A stretch of 62,991 nt of DNA, filler included, from Octopus bimaculoides (GCF_001194135.2; 7 parts of 6 records of this genome joined end to end with filler, not necessarily neighbours in it), one strand, 5' to 3'. Positions 12,363 through 25,200 are shown, counted from the first letter of the whole stretch. The notes: generated by a model from the letters alone, not told the origin. Translations and numbers: made by a program.

Positions 12363-12464
12363 TTCAATACAAGTGTTTCACAACCTCCTCTCCCTGTTCT
12401 CCACTATAATTTTCCAGAAAAATATATGCCCCTATCACTGGTTGAAAATACGACTTTATTTTTA

Positions 12465-12648
12465 ATACATTATTTTCATTATTTACATTATTTACATTTG
12501 ACGGATATTTGTCCTCATCTTCTTTGAGGTTAACACAACGTTTCAGCTGATATACACTCCAGCCTTCATCAGGTGTCTTGGGGAAATTTCGAACCTGGGT
12601 TCTCATTCCTAAGGTATTTTTCGATGTTATTATCATTATTATTATTAT
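12465..12648 (-). mobile_element. Penelope-type terminal repeat segment containing a hammerhead motif, preceded by (AAT)n
   Basis: Minus strand reads (AAT)n-catcgaaaaataccttagg...gacacCTGATGAaggctg...cagctGAAACgttgtgtt...(tgtaaataa)n. Confidence 0.7.
12532..12577 (-). ncRNA. Minimal type-I hammerhead ribozyme motif
   Basis: GACAC-CUGAUGA-A-GGCUG(gaguguauau)CAGCU-GAAA-CGU-U-GUGUU. Helix I has 5 bp, helix II has 5 bp, helix III is reduced to the palindrome ACGU, and there is one extra A after A9. Confidence 0.65.
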
Positions 12649-12740
12649 ACGGGCATATGGCGTAGTGGTTAAGAGCGCAGGCTACTAACCCCAAGATTCC
12701 GAGTTCGATTCCAGGCAGTGACCTGGATAATAATAATAAT
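12649..12740 (+). mobile_element. tRNA-derived Pol III head plus (AAT)n (SINE head, not a tRNA gene)
   Basis: A-box TGGCGTAGTGG (12658-12668), B-box GAGTTCGATTCC (12701-12712). No convincing acceptor stem; ends in (AAT)n. Confidence 0.8.
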
Positions 12741-13777
12741 CTTTTTTTTACAGGGGGTAAGATAATTTTGTACTTATGTTTCGGTTAGATCTCGTCAGTC
12801 TAGTATGCCGCAGTTTCCTCACAGATCAGAAATGTAAACCTTTATAAAGAAAAATAAATTTGTTCATGTTTTTGGCTGCGGATAATTTTCATAATTCAAA
12901 ATAGAAAGTGCTAAAGGAAATATATTCTGTGCTGACTGTGTCTAAACTAACCGAAACATACGTATGGTACGTGGTTGTTCTTCGACTATAACGGAAACCA
13001 GACTGTGATTTATATAACATGTAAATTATTTAATGTATACATTCATCTATTTTTTTCATATGTAGGTTGTAGAAAGGATGTTGCTTGAAGCATATTCGTT
13101 TATATGCATTCGTAATGTAAATTAAAATACGTGATAAATACCTTAAAAAGAAAAGGCAGAAATGTCAATTTTTAAATAAATTTTCCCAGGGGATCGATTC
13201 CCTGCGCGATAAATTCAGAAAACATGTTTTCAAATCAGACAATTGGCAGGAGACACTATAAATATTTGTCAGAAACATTACGAATTTATTTCTTCACCAA
13301 GTCCGCGAGAGGGCTAAAAAGCCATGAGTAGGGTCAGAGCGGTTAAATAAATTTCGTGATTTTGGTTTATGTCAGCGATGAGTATACATAACGGGGTCTG
13401 TTTCAGACAACTTCCTCTCTTCTGATGAAGACAATAAATGCGCGCGCGCGTATGTATATGCCTCCCCACGCGCGCGCACACACACACACACACATACATA
13501 TACTTCGTTTTTGTATCTAGTTTCCAAGATTCCTTATGTGAATTCGTGTCTAGAAACAAATTTTATTGTGTCTGACAATTGGTTAAATATCCAACTCATT
13601 TGTTTTGTTTTCGTTTGGCAAAGCTCTTTCGTTGTTACTTGCAACCTTTTCAATGACTACTGACTTAATCCGTTATGGAGGCCACGTTTGTCTGTTTGAG
13701 GTTTGTTGCATGCATGTGTGTGTGCGTAGTAGCGTTCGCATGTGCTTGTGTATGTATGTATGTATGTATGTATGTAT

Positions 13778-13912
13778 ATTGCTTCTCAACTACACGGTCC
13801 CGGGTTCAGTCCCACTGTGTGGCACCTTGGGCAAGTGTCTCCTACTATAGCCTCGGGCAGACCAAAGCCTTGTGAGTGGATTTGGTTGACGGAAACTGAA
13901 AGAAGCTCATCG

Positions 13913-13920
<8 letters not shown>
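13778..13920 (+). mobile_element. SINE family A, 5' half ending in (TA)n and a gap
   Basis: ccgggttcagtcccactgtgtggcaccttgggcaagtgtct...gaaactgaaagaagc. Confidence 0.85.
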
Positions 13921-13952
<32 letters not shown>

Positions 13953-14485
13953 NNNNNNNNNNNNNNNNNNNNNNNNNNNNNNNNNNNNNNNNNNNNNNNN
14001 NNNNNNNNNNNNNNNNNNNNNNNNNNNNNNNNNNNNNNNNNNNNNNNNNNNNNNNNNNNNNNNNNNNNNNNNNNNNNNNNNNNNNNNNNNNNNNNNNNNN
14101 NNNNNNNNNNNNNNNNNNNNNNNNNNNNNNNNNNNNNNNNNNNNNNNNNNNNNNNNNNNNNNNNNNNNNNNNNNNNNNNNNNNNNNNNNNNNNNNNNNNN
14201 NNNNNNNNNNNNNNNNNNNNNNNNNNNNNNNNNNNNNNNNNNNNNNNNNNNNNNNNNNNNNNNNNNNNNNNNNNNNNNNNNNNNNNNNNNNNNNNNNNNN
14301 NNNNNNNNNNNNNNNNNNNNNNNNNNNNNNNNNNNNNNNNNNNNNNNNNNNNNNNNNNNNNNNNNNNNNNNNNNNNNNNNNNNNNNNNNNNNNNNNNNNN
14401 NNNNNNNNNNNNNNNNNNNNNTATATATATATATATATATGTATTACATTATATTATAGCATATTCTATCATATTATATAGGTAT

Positions 14486-14519
<34 letters not shown>

Positions 14520-16064
14520 ATAAGAACGTGTGTATTTGTGTGTGTGTGTGCAAACTATTGTATATATCTATAAATATGTATGCATATGGAAATATGCAAA
14601 TGTGTGAGCGCATGTAGGTGTGTGTGTGTACTTGTATGTCTATGTGGGTGTGAGCATGCGATAGTCTGAGTATGTGAGTGTGAGGTATGAGGTATCAGTG
14701 TGTGTGATTCACTGTCATTGCATGGCTGGCTGTATATATAGAGATAGGATGTGTAATTTCGGTGTTAAATTGTCTTTAATACATGTAGAATTAAAAAGAC
14801 GACCACCTGTCTGGTTAATAAGTTTAATGATACATTCCGAATCAGAATAACTTGTTAAGCAGACATATGGTCGTCCGTTAAATTCTAGAGTTAGACAGGC
14901 TAGTAGGAGGGATGTGTGNNNNNNNNNNNNNNNNNNNNNNNNNNNNNNNNNNNNNNNNNNNNNNNNNNNNNNNNNNNNNNNNNNNNNNNNNNNNNNNNNN
15001 NNNNNNNNNNNNNNNNNNNNNNNNNNNNNNNNNNNNNNNNNNNNNNNNNNNNNNNNNNNNNNNNNNNNNNNNNNNNNNNNNNNNNNNNNNNNNNNNNNNN
15101 NNNNNNNNNNNNNNNNNNNNNNNNNNNNNNNNNNNNNNNNNNNNNNNNNNNNNNNNNNNNNNNNNNNNNNNNNNNNNNNNNNNNNNNNNNNNNNNNNNNN
15201 NNNNNNNNNNNNNNNNNNNNNNNNNNNNNNNNNNNNNNNNNNNNNNNNNNNNNNNNNNNNNNNNNNNNNNNNNNNNNNNNNNNNNNNNNNNNNNNNNNNN
15301 NNNNNNNNNNNNNNNNNNNNNNNNNNNNNNNNNNNNNNNNNNNNNNNNNNNNNNNNNNNNNNNNNNNNNNNNNNNNNNNNNNNNNNNNNNNNNNNNNNNN
15401 NNNNNNNNNNNNNNNNNNNNNNNNNNNNNNNNNNNNNNNNNNNNNNNNNNNNNNNNNNNNNNNNNNNNNNNNNNNNNNNNNNNNNNNNNNNNNNNNNNNN
15501 NNNNNNNNNNNNNNNNNNNNNNNNNNNNNNNNNNNNNNNNNNNNNNNNNNNNNNNNNNNNNNNNNNNNNNNNNNNNNNNNNNNNNNNNNNNNNNNNNNNN
15601 NNNNNNNNNCTTGTATGCAGTTAAATGGACTTTCTAGAAATAACAGCCAAATCTTAATTCACACGCTGCCATCTTAAGAAAAAATAAAATACAAAAAAAA
15701 GGAAACATTGAAAATAGCTGTAATCATGAATATACAAAAAGATGGGAAGGTTATGGATGGAATTCTTTTGGTCAAACGCCTACTGAACTTGTACTGACCT
15801 TGCGCTAACCAGCAACGGTAAGTAAAAGGGTCATCGATTGTTTTCGACAATTAGGCCTCAGTTGATCGATCTACTGGCTTACCTGCACTTTAATAAGCGT
15901 CCATGTGACCTAGAATTCCATAGACAGTGTACTCTTAACGTAATATCTCTGGTAGAATAACCGTAGCGCTGGGTGTAGCACGGCTGAAGGAACAGCCTTT
16001 GTATCAGTTTCAAATTTTGGCACAAAGCTAGAAATTTTAGGGGAGCGACCCCAGTGTATAACTG

Positions 16065-16160
16065 TTGTTGTTTGTTCCTTCTCGAGCCATGCCTGGCTCA
16101 TAAGGGCCGGTTTCCCGGTTTCATTGGCGTATAAGGTTCCCCTACCTAGACGGGACACGA
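16065..16160 (-). mobile_element. Fragment of a further SINE-like repeat (cgagccatgcctggctcataagggccggtttcccggtttc)
   Basis: GC-rich motif resembling L2-type SINE tails; only one copy here. Confidence 0.4.
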
Positions 16161-16860
16161 AATTTTTTAATCCACGAGAGTTCCGGAACCCAGTAATGAA
16201 CTCATTTGTATACAGCCAATCAGAGCTCACCTTGAAAATCCACATACTGTGTGCTACTACAGTACAGCCAGTTAGGCATAGAATGGCGTATGCCTCTCTG
16301 TGAGTACAGCATAGCAGGTCTCACATAAGCACCACATTACCCGCCTCCATCCTCACAGATCAATTGAGCACCGCCTCTATATGGAGCTAACATTAGGTAC
16401 CTATGCTCAGACTGAGATTAGTGATACTGCATATACCCATTGATATATGCAAGGAGGGCGCAATACGACACAACGCCATATTGATTACGATGTTTCCATA
16501 TCAACACCAACATTTTAAATTAGGAATGTACAATATCAGTCAACAAATTAAGAAACTAAACTCATTTACATTTTCTAGTAAATGACACTTATGGCACCAT
16601 CGGGGAGCAGCTCTCCATTCACTTTATACACTAAATTTCAAAGTTGTCACCCCTATTAACCCGCTTAGAATAGATTTTGCTATAATGCACATTNNNNNNN
16701 NNNNNNNNNNNNNNNNNNNNNNNNNNNNNNNNNNNNNNNNNNNNNNNNNNNNNNNNNNNNNNNNNNNNNNNNNNNNNNNNNNNNNNNNNNNNNNNNNNNN
16801 NNNNNNNNNNNNNNNNNNNNNNNNNNNNNNNNNNNNNNNNNNNNNNNNNNNNNNNNNNNN

Positions 16861-16917
<57 letters not shown>

Positions 16918-18648
16918 TGTATGTATGTATGTATGTATGTATGTATGTATAACATAATCGCGTGCAGTCCTCCACACACGGTTGATTTCTGTGGGACGTT
17001 GTTATTCTATGAATCGTTGTTTGGCTCCAGTTCAGCTTTGATCGGACAGACTTACCATGAACGATGTTCCAGCCGTGATCATCACGTCTTTTTTCCAAAC
17101 AAAGTCTGGTGTACTCCCGGCTACATTTTCTGATGTGCCGTCCCTATATTTCTTATAAAGGGCTTGATCTGAGGGTTGTTTGGCTGCTATTTTTAACAGG
17201 ATGAAGAGTCTGTGAGGACACTTCCTTTTTGAGACGTTTGTATGGTAATTTCTAGATATGTAATTAACGTTCTGTTCCGCTATTTTACCTTATGATCCTG
17301 AAGCCCTGACTTTAATTTTGGAGTAAAAACAATATTTCCTTTTTGGGGCTAATGGGCTAATCATTATTTCCTCTTGTGTGCAGTGCGTGTGTGTATATAT
17401 ATTTGTGTTTGCGTGCGTTGTGTGTGTTGTGTGTGTTGTGTGCGTTTACTTGTTTGCCTGTGCGTAACTGTGTGTTAAGCATCAAGTTTAAAATTATTAG
17501 ACGTCTTAATCATTTTATGGCGTACATTTTTTTTACCGCTTCTAAAGTGCACTTCTTTCCCTGAAAATTATCCCAGAAAATCATCCTACGCCTTATGAAT
17601 GCAGAGTCAGGGTTTGGGTTACTAGCGAGTGATGGTCCAAAAAGATACCCGCCGACCGAAAGGCTTTATAAGTTCGTTCACTTCATAGCGGTCAAACACG
17701 TTAGTCATTGGAAAAGAGGGTAACAGTTATGATCTAGGTAAGGCCTTACAGTCTGATTTGGAGTAAAGGGAGGAAGAAACCACTGCAACCCATGGGTTAC
17801 TGTCGTAGAAAATAACACAGCAACACATCGATGTTTTTCCTTAAGCCAGAGGCGTAATCTGAGTGGACGAGGTCAAATATGTGTGTGTGTGTATGTGTAT
17901 GTGTGTGTATGTATGTATGTATGTATGTATGTATGTATGTATGTATGAGTGTGCGTGTTCGTGCTCCTGTGTTTGTCACCACCACCACCACTCCATGACA
18001 ACCAGTGTTGGTTTGTTTTGCGTCCACGTAACATAGCACTTCAGCCTAAGAGAACGATATAATAAATACTAAAAGAACAAGACAAAGCAAAACAAAAACC
18101 AGTACTGAAGTTTATTTGATCGATTAAACTCTTCAAAGCAATACCCCAGCATGACCGCAGCTAAAATACTGGAACAAGTAAAAGATATAATGTATAAGAT
18201 ATATAAAGAAGTGTTTACAAATTAGCCCAACAGAAAGCGAATTACATTGCAATGGTAATGACGTTAAACCAAAGAACTGTTGATTTTTGTAGTTATGTCT
18301 TGTGATGTGTTTCCTAAACGAAATTAAGAATTCTGCAGGTGTTAAACATTTTTTATCAAATGATGTGCGTGTTATATATACGTGTGGGTGTGTGTGAATG
18401 TATGTGTGTATGTATGTATGTATGTGAGTGTGTGTGTGAGTGTGTGTGTGTGAGTGTGTGTGTGAGTGTGCAAGTACGTATGCTTGTGTATGTATGTGTG
18501 CATATTTGTATACTTGTGTATATGTTTATATATATGTATATAAGTATGTGTATGTATGTGTGTGTATGTATGTGTATGCGAATGTGCATGTGTGTATATA
18601 TACATATACATATACATACACACATATATGCATAGATACATACACACA

Positions 18649-18718
<70 letters not shown>

Positions 18719-18839
18719 NNNNNNNNNNNNNNNNNNNNNNNNNNNNNNNNNNNNNNNNNNNNTTAATTAATTAANNNNNNNNNNNNNNNNNNNNNNNNNN
18801 NNNNNNNNNNNNNNNNNNTATATATTATGTATGTATGTG

Positions 18840-19060
18840 TGTGTGTATGTTTGCGTGTCTGTGTTTGTCCCCCTGGCATTGCCTGACAACCGATGCTGGT
18901 GTGTTTATGTCCCCGTCACTTAGCGGTTCGGCAAAAAGAGACCGATAGAATAAATACTAGGCTTACAAAGAGTAAGTCCCGTGGTCGATTTGCTCGACTA
19001 AAGTCGGTGCTCCAGCATGGCCGCAGTCAAATGACTGAAACAAGTAAAAGAGTAAAGAGT
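18840..19060 (+). mobile_element. SINE family A, 3' half
   Basis: Near-consensus tail ending gaaacaagtaaaagagtaaag. Confidence 0.85.
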
Positions 19061-19510
19061 ATATACACGCACACACACACACATAAATAAATATACGCAC
19101 ACATATATCTTTCCATGTATGTATATGTATACATACAAGAACATTCATACATGCACATGCACACACATACACCCACGCGCGCGCACGCACACACACACAC
19201 ACACAAGTATAAAAGTGTTCTTTCTCGTCATTCTGTGCAGATAACTATTTCCTTCACCACATCGCGGTTTACCTATCGCGGTTCACCCATCGCGGTTTAT
19301 AATTTAAACTTATGTCGATTCCTCTTTGGTATTATTTTGCAATACTAATAAAATAAATATATACAAATTAATAAATAATAAAACAAAATAATAAAACAAA
19401 ATAATAAAACAAAATATACAGCACAGTACTGCTTCTTCACAGATTTTCACCTGTCACTGTTGGGTTTTGGAACGTAACACCTGCGATAGTCGAGGGATTA
19501 CTGTACGAAT

Positions 19511-19895
19511 GTTGTTGGCACTCCGTCGCTTACGACGTCGAGGGTTCCAGTTGATCCGAACAACGGAACAGCCTGCTCGTGAAATTAACGTGCAAGTGGC
19601 TGAGCACTCCACAGACACGTGTACCCTTAACGTAGTTCTCGGGGATATTCATCGTGACACAGTGTGACAAGGCTGACCCTTTGAATTACAGGCACAACAG
19701 AAACAGGAAGAAAGAGTGAGAGAAAGTTGTGGTGGAAGAGTACAGCAGGGTTCGCCACCATCCCCTGCCGGAGCCTCGTGGAGCTTTAGGTGTTTTTCGC
19801 TCAATAAACACTCGCAACGCCCGGTCTGGGAATCGAAACCGCGATCCTATAACCGCGAGTCCGCTGCCCTAACCACTGTGCCATTGCGCCTCCAC
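19511..19895 (-). mobile_element. Full-length tRNA-derived SINE family D with 11-bp TSD
   Basis: Head tggaggcgcaatggcacagtggttagggcagcggactcgc..gcggtttcgattccc. ACTGTACGAAT occurs at 19500-19510 and 19896-19906. Confidence 0.92.
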
Positions 19896-20794
19896 ACTGT
19901 ACGAATATCATTCACTGTTTTTCTTGTCATAGTGAAGATTTCTCTCTCTCGACAAATAGGTGTTATTACATCGAGTCAGCTCATGGCATCACCTAACCAG
20001 ACTAACCATTCTTTTATTCTGTTATTCTGTTATTCTTTTACTTGTTTCAGTCATTTGACTACGGCCATGTTGGAGCACCGCCTTTAGGCAACCAGTTTTC
20101 GATTCCGAGTTGAAGCTATTTCAATTTATCGTTCTTTTTCTTTGCCTTGAGATACGTAAAATCGTGGGACAATCAAATTCCACGCTCCCCATCCTTTTAA
20201 TGAATCTCAGACCTTCAGACACTAGAAGTATGCCAGCAACACTTGTCTCTTTCTATTTTGGGCTGTTCCTTAAATAGCAGACATATATAAAGAATTCTAT
20301 TTTGGAAAAAAATATTTAGAACAATTAAACGTAACCAACCAAACGGAGTGTTTCGCGGTGGTTGCTCGATGGGCTAGAAATAGTAGCCGAATATCATCCA
20401 TGTTACATCATACACCATTATAAAGCGAAGATACACAATGCTTGTGAAGACGAGATGTTCACGACTGGAACGTCTTGAATCAAAGGTTTTCTTAATCAAC
20501 AGCAAGCGAAAAAAACCATCCTCGCCCTCCACAAGTGAAAAGAAAAAACCCAAAGAAATTTTCCCACCAGAGAAGAGGATTTGACCAGTAATTAGAGTTC
20601 AACATAAAAAAAAAACACAAGACTATTAACTAATTATCATTCCATAAATAACGATAGTTAATTATTTAGTATTGCAATGATTACAAATAAAAATCGAGGC
20701 CTCAGCTTTAGGGTTTACGGGTCACATTAGACGTTTAACGTGTTCGTTGACAGGAAATTCTTTTAACTCATTGATTAAATAATCCTTTCGATTG

Positions 20795-20997
20795 GAAGCA
20801 CAAGGCCACAAATTTGGTGGAATGGATTAAGTCGATTACATTGACCCGAATATGTAACCGGTACTTATTTAATCGACCCCGAAAGGATAAAAGGCAAAGT
20901 CGACCTCGGCGGAATTTGAACTCAGAACGTAGTGACGAGTGAAATGCTGCTAAGCATTTCGTCCAGTGTGCTAACGATTCTGCCAGCTCAACGCCTT
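20795..20997 (-). mobile_element. SINE family B
   Basis: Reverse complement of the 6947 copy. Confidence 0.85.
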
Positions 20998-21180
20998 ATT
21001 CAGTGGTTAAATAATGGCTTCAAATTTTGGCATAAAGTCAGCGATATCGGGGGAAGGGGTAGGTCGAACATAAACAAACCAACGCCGATTGTCAAGTGAT
21101 AGGGTGCTAACACAGATATGAAAAATCAGACATAGATATACACACATATCTATACATATTTATATATGTGTGTATATACA

Positions 21181-21229
<49 letters not shown>

Positions 21230-21327
21230 ATGTGTGTGTGTGTATACACACACACATATAGATTGATAAGCAGAGAGATAGACATATAGACAGACAGATA
21301 GAGAGACAGACAGATAAACAGACAGAC

Positions 21328-21400
<73 letters not shown>

Positions 21401-21401
21401 A

Positions 21402-21432
<31 letters not shown>

Positions 21433-21779
21433 TAGACAGACAGACAGACAGATAGATAGATAGATAGATAGAAAGATAGACAGTCAGCTTGAAAGACAGA
21501 CAAATGTAGACAGAGAGACAGATACTCGAGATGCGACAGAAAATGTGGATTATGCCTGGTATCTGTTGAAGACATTATAGCAGCTCCGACCCCCATCCCC
21601 CCACGCCCGAATATCTTCAAAGTAACACACTCCAGAGTGGCATGACGTTGTTGCTAAAATAATCTCGAATCTCATCGACAAATGGAAGCGTTGCAGATTT
21701 GCATAAAACAATATTTTTCATGTTTGCTTTATTCCTACACTCTCTGAATTAGTAGGTCACACATCCATCCATAGACAAG

Positions 21780-22050
21780 TTCCGCGAATGTTTGGACCAA
21801 AGGAACACGAAGGTCACCGTAAATGACATCGGTGTATGAGATCGACCCTATCTCATGGTTCCCATCATTGCATTATATAAGTTGATGGTGGACGCCGTCG
21901 TGGATTTTGGTGGTATAAAGTCTGGTGGTACCTATAGAAAGACACCAAAGCAATGGCAATCCAGGAAGCTGTGCTAATTATAGAGGAATCTCCTTGTTGA
22001 GCCACTCCGGCGAAGTCTAAGCTAAGTGTCTGGAATAGAGACACCCTCGG
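21780..22050 (+). mobile_element. RTE-like LINE RT fragment
   Basis: NPGSCANYRGISLLSHSGEV*AKCLE matches RT motif C.NYRGISLLS..GK. Confidence 0.6.
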
Positions 22051-22270
22051 ATATTGTTTTTATTCATTCGTTTGTCTGCCAAGACGTTGGTTGGCTGGCT
22101 GGTTGGCTGGCTGGCTGGATATTCCATCGGTTGGTTGGTTGGTTGGTTGGATCTGTGCAGCCTCAAACAAACGGAAAACAAAATTACAAATTGAATGAAA
22201 CCTTTAGAAAGAGCAGAATAAAATTTCCCTGATTTCCCATCCTAGCATTTAACGAGAACGAAGGACATGT

Positions 22271-22314
<44 letters not shown>

Positions 22315-23349
22315 NNNNNNNNNNNNNNNNNNNNNNNNNNNNNNNNNNNNNNNNNNNNNNNNNNNNNNNNNNNNNNNNNNNNNNNNNNNNNNNNNNNNNN
22401 NNNNNNNNNNNNNNNNNNNNNNNNNNNNNNNNNNNNNNNNNNNNNNNNNNNNNNNNNNNNNNNNNNNNNNNNNNNNNNNNNNNNNNNNNNNNNNNNNNNN
22501 NNNNNNNNNNNNNNNNNNNNNNNNNNNNNNNNNNNNNNNNNNNNNNNNNNNNNNNNNNNNNNNNNNNNNNNNNNNNNNNNNNNNNNNNNNNNNNNNNNNN
22601 NNNNNNNNNNNNNNNNNNNNNNNNNNNNNNNNNNNNNNNNNNNNNNNNNNNNNNNNNNNNNNNNNNNNNNNNNNNNNNNNNNNNNNNNNNNNNNNNNNNN
22701 NNNNNNNNNNNNNNNNNNNNNNNNNNNNNNNNNNNNNNNNNNNNNNNNNNNNNNNNNNNNNNNNNNNNNNNNNNNNNNNNNNNNNNNNNNNNNNNNNNNN
22801 NNNNNNNNNNNNNNNNNNNNNNNNNNNNNNNNNNNNNNNNNNNNNNNNNNNNNNNNNNNNNNNNNNNNNNNNNNNNNNNNNNNNNNNNNNNNNNNNNNNN
22901 NNNNNNNNNNNNNNNNNNNNNNNNNNNNNNNNNNNNNNNNNNNNNNNNNNNNNNNNNNNNNNNNNNNNNNNNNNNNNNNNNNNNNNNNNNNNNNNNNNNN
23001 NNNNNNCATACGCGTGTATGTATGTATGTATGTATGTATGTATGTATGTATGTATGGAAAATCAGTATTGTTAAATCTGACTCCTTTTCCGTAAACCGAA
23101 ACTTGTGCCGGAGTGCAACGATCACTAAGAAAATAGTCTTGAAGAATACTAAAGGAGTTAACAGTGGATTTCAGGCCTTAAAACAGCGTGTTTTAAATTC
23201 CTGCCTGTTTCCATCTGTTTACACCTTTTAAACCAATCATATTTTATCTTGCTTCTGTAGTTAGCTATGTCGGATTTCATTTCAGGACGACATTTCGAAA
23301 TTACCTCAGTTCTTCTGTTTAAATGTTTAAAGAAGCTTGATTATTATAA

Positions 23350-23632
23350 ATTGTTTCACAGTACTCCGCCGCCCAAACACAAGGTCTATGGTATGCAGGA
23401 GACCGACTAGGAGAGCAGTGCCTGTCTTCGCCGCAGATAGAGGAAGCAGGTTAAGGAAGGGGTCGACACCTTTGAAAGAGAACATGTGTTCTGCATGAAG
23501 AATTTAAATGTGCTGTTCGAAAGCGCACTGCTGGTGTAGTGAATGGGGAAAGCTTGGTTTACAATGTTTGCAGCCATGTATACTTGTCAAGAGCAGGGCT
23601 CATTAGCCACCAACGAAGCCGCAAATGCAAAA
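23350..23632 (+). mobile_element. RTE LINE 3' coding end with degenerate zinc finger
   Basis: RKQVKEGVDTFERE..HEEFKCAVRKRTAG...(Y)NVCSHVYLSRAGLISHQRS, the RTE C-terminal pattern. Confidence 0.7.
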
Positions 23633-23762
23633 NNNNNNNNNNNNNNNNNNNNNNNNNNNNNNNNNNNNNNNNNNNNTTAATTAATTAANNNNNNNNNNNN
23701 NNNNNNNNNNNNNNNNNNNNNNNNNNNNNNNNTATATATATATATATATATATGTATGTATA

Positions 23763-23900
23763 CAGGGTTAGCCAAGAGTCACCTGATAGTAAATCAAAAT
23801 TTCATAAATAATATCTGTAATTCTGTACTGATTCGACTGAGAAAATGTGTTGCTCAAGAAGGACTTCAGTTTGAACAATTTTCATGATGTTTCATATAGT
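23763..23900 (+). mobile_element. Tc1/mariner-like end fragment
   Basis: TA|CAGGGTTAGCCAAGAG start, then a C-terminal-like VAQEGLQFEQF; no second TIR found. Confidence 0.4.
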
Positions 23901-24225
23901 GTAAAGTGTAGGAACTAAATATTTATACTGTGTTTATATTAAATTCCAATACATATGATCTGTATTACTAGTAATACTGAGAAATGCAATGAGCAATTAA
24001 CCACTTCACTGGAAGCTGACTTGATAATGATAATCTTCATGGAGCTCTAACTCATGCAGTAGTAAAGTAGTCGTACATCTAACTGTAGACATAAGATATA
24101 TATATATATATCAGAGATTTAACATTGCTTGTTTTCACTTTTTCGATATCAGTGAATAATTTCACTGGAAAAAGTTATATATATTTGCCAAGGGATGTCT
24201 TTTGCATCGAAGGTCGGCGATTGTC

Positions 24226-24268
24226 GTACGCTGAAGAAGGGAAATAACCCTGAAACTCGAGTACATAC
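24226..24268 (+). ncRNA. Minimal type-I hammerhead ribozyme motif at the apex of a 24182-24312 hairpin
   Basis: GUACG-CUGAAGA-AGGG(aaauaa)CCCU-GAAA-C(UCGA)GU-A-CAUAC. The core is complete, helix II has 4 bp, helix III has 2 bp plus a palindromic tetraloop, and helix I has 4/5 bp. A distal 14-bp perfect stem pairs 24182-24195 with 24299-24312. Confidence 0.75.
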
Positions 24269-24652
24269 GTATCGTAGATCAAGATGGGAAAGATAACTTC
24301 CCTTGGCAAATACAGACAGGACACAGATGTGTGTCGATAGCCAGCTGGAGGAGATGTCCTCCTGGGGCTAAAAGCAACAGTAACATCCACCCCTCGGGGT
24401 CAGCCACATTTAAGTGGCAAATATACTTCACTATATNNNNNNNNNNNNNNNNNNNNNNNNNNNNNNNNNNNNNNNNNNNNNNNNNNNNNNNNNNNNNNNN
24501 NNNNNNNNNNNNNNNNNNNNNNNNNNNNNNNNNNNNNNNNNNNNNNNNNNNNNNNNNNNNNNNNNNNNNNNNNNNNNNNNNNNNNNNNNNNNNNNNNNNN
24601 NNNNNNNNNNNNNNNNNNNNNNNGTCTGTGATCTGCATTACCCATAACATGA

Positions 24653-24705
<53 letters not shown>

Positions 24706-24829
24706 CCTGTATGTACATACATACGTGCATACATGCATATATACATATGTATGTATAAGGCTCCCATGACCAAGGAATAGCTATGTCTCTACATGCATGT
24801 TTCTCTAAACATATTGAAAGGCTGTCAAA

Positions 24830-25200
24830 TAATATGTTGAAAGCTTAGTGACTGGGTACTGCAAGTATTTATTATGAGAGCTCTGACAGTAATTTTGATA
24901 TTAAGGAAATACCTTCTCTTAGAAGGCCAATTCTTACCAACAAGCTGGCAAGATTGTAAAAAGCATTTATCGAAACACAAACAAGCAAAGTTAAGGTCAA
25001 TAACTACTGACAACACATCTGCACATATGCAGATCTTCTCATTGCAATGTGAACAAGAACAATATGCCATAGTATATATGTGGAAAATTCTAGAATATTT
25101 GGTTACAAAGTTTGGAATAAAAAAGAAAGAGAATAGTTTTTGGAAGCACTGACAAATCACAAAACTCCAACACTCCCTCAAGTTTCATGCCAAACTCAAT
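24830..25200 (+). mobile_element. Degenerate CR1/L2-type LINE C-terminus
   Basis: QIFSLQCEQEQYAIVYMWKILEYLVTKFGI resembles L.LYSL.RRRERY.IIY.WKILE.LVPNFGI. Confidence 0.7.

Noticed and set aside
12649-12725. tRNA gene candidate (also the heads at 11647, 19895 and 43757)
   Set aside because: A and B boxes are present but no complete cloverleaf or acceptor stem; they continue into SINE bodies or (AAT)n.
17575-17725. 48-codon open stretch between possible splice sites
   Set aside because: No recognisable protein similarity and a weak acceptor; within chance expectation.
18763-18774. TTAATTAATTAA islands centred in N runs (also 23677-23688, 29707-29718, 43578-43589, 52530-52541, 59819-59830)
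   Set aside because: Each is exactly 44 N + 12 nt + 44 N = 100 bp with stops in all six frames: a synthetic scaffolding linker, not biology.
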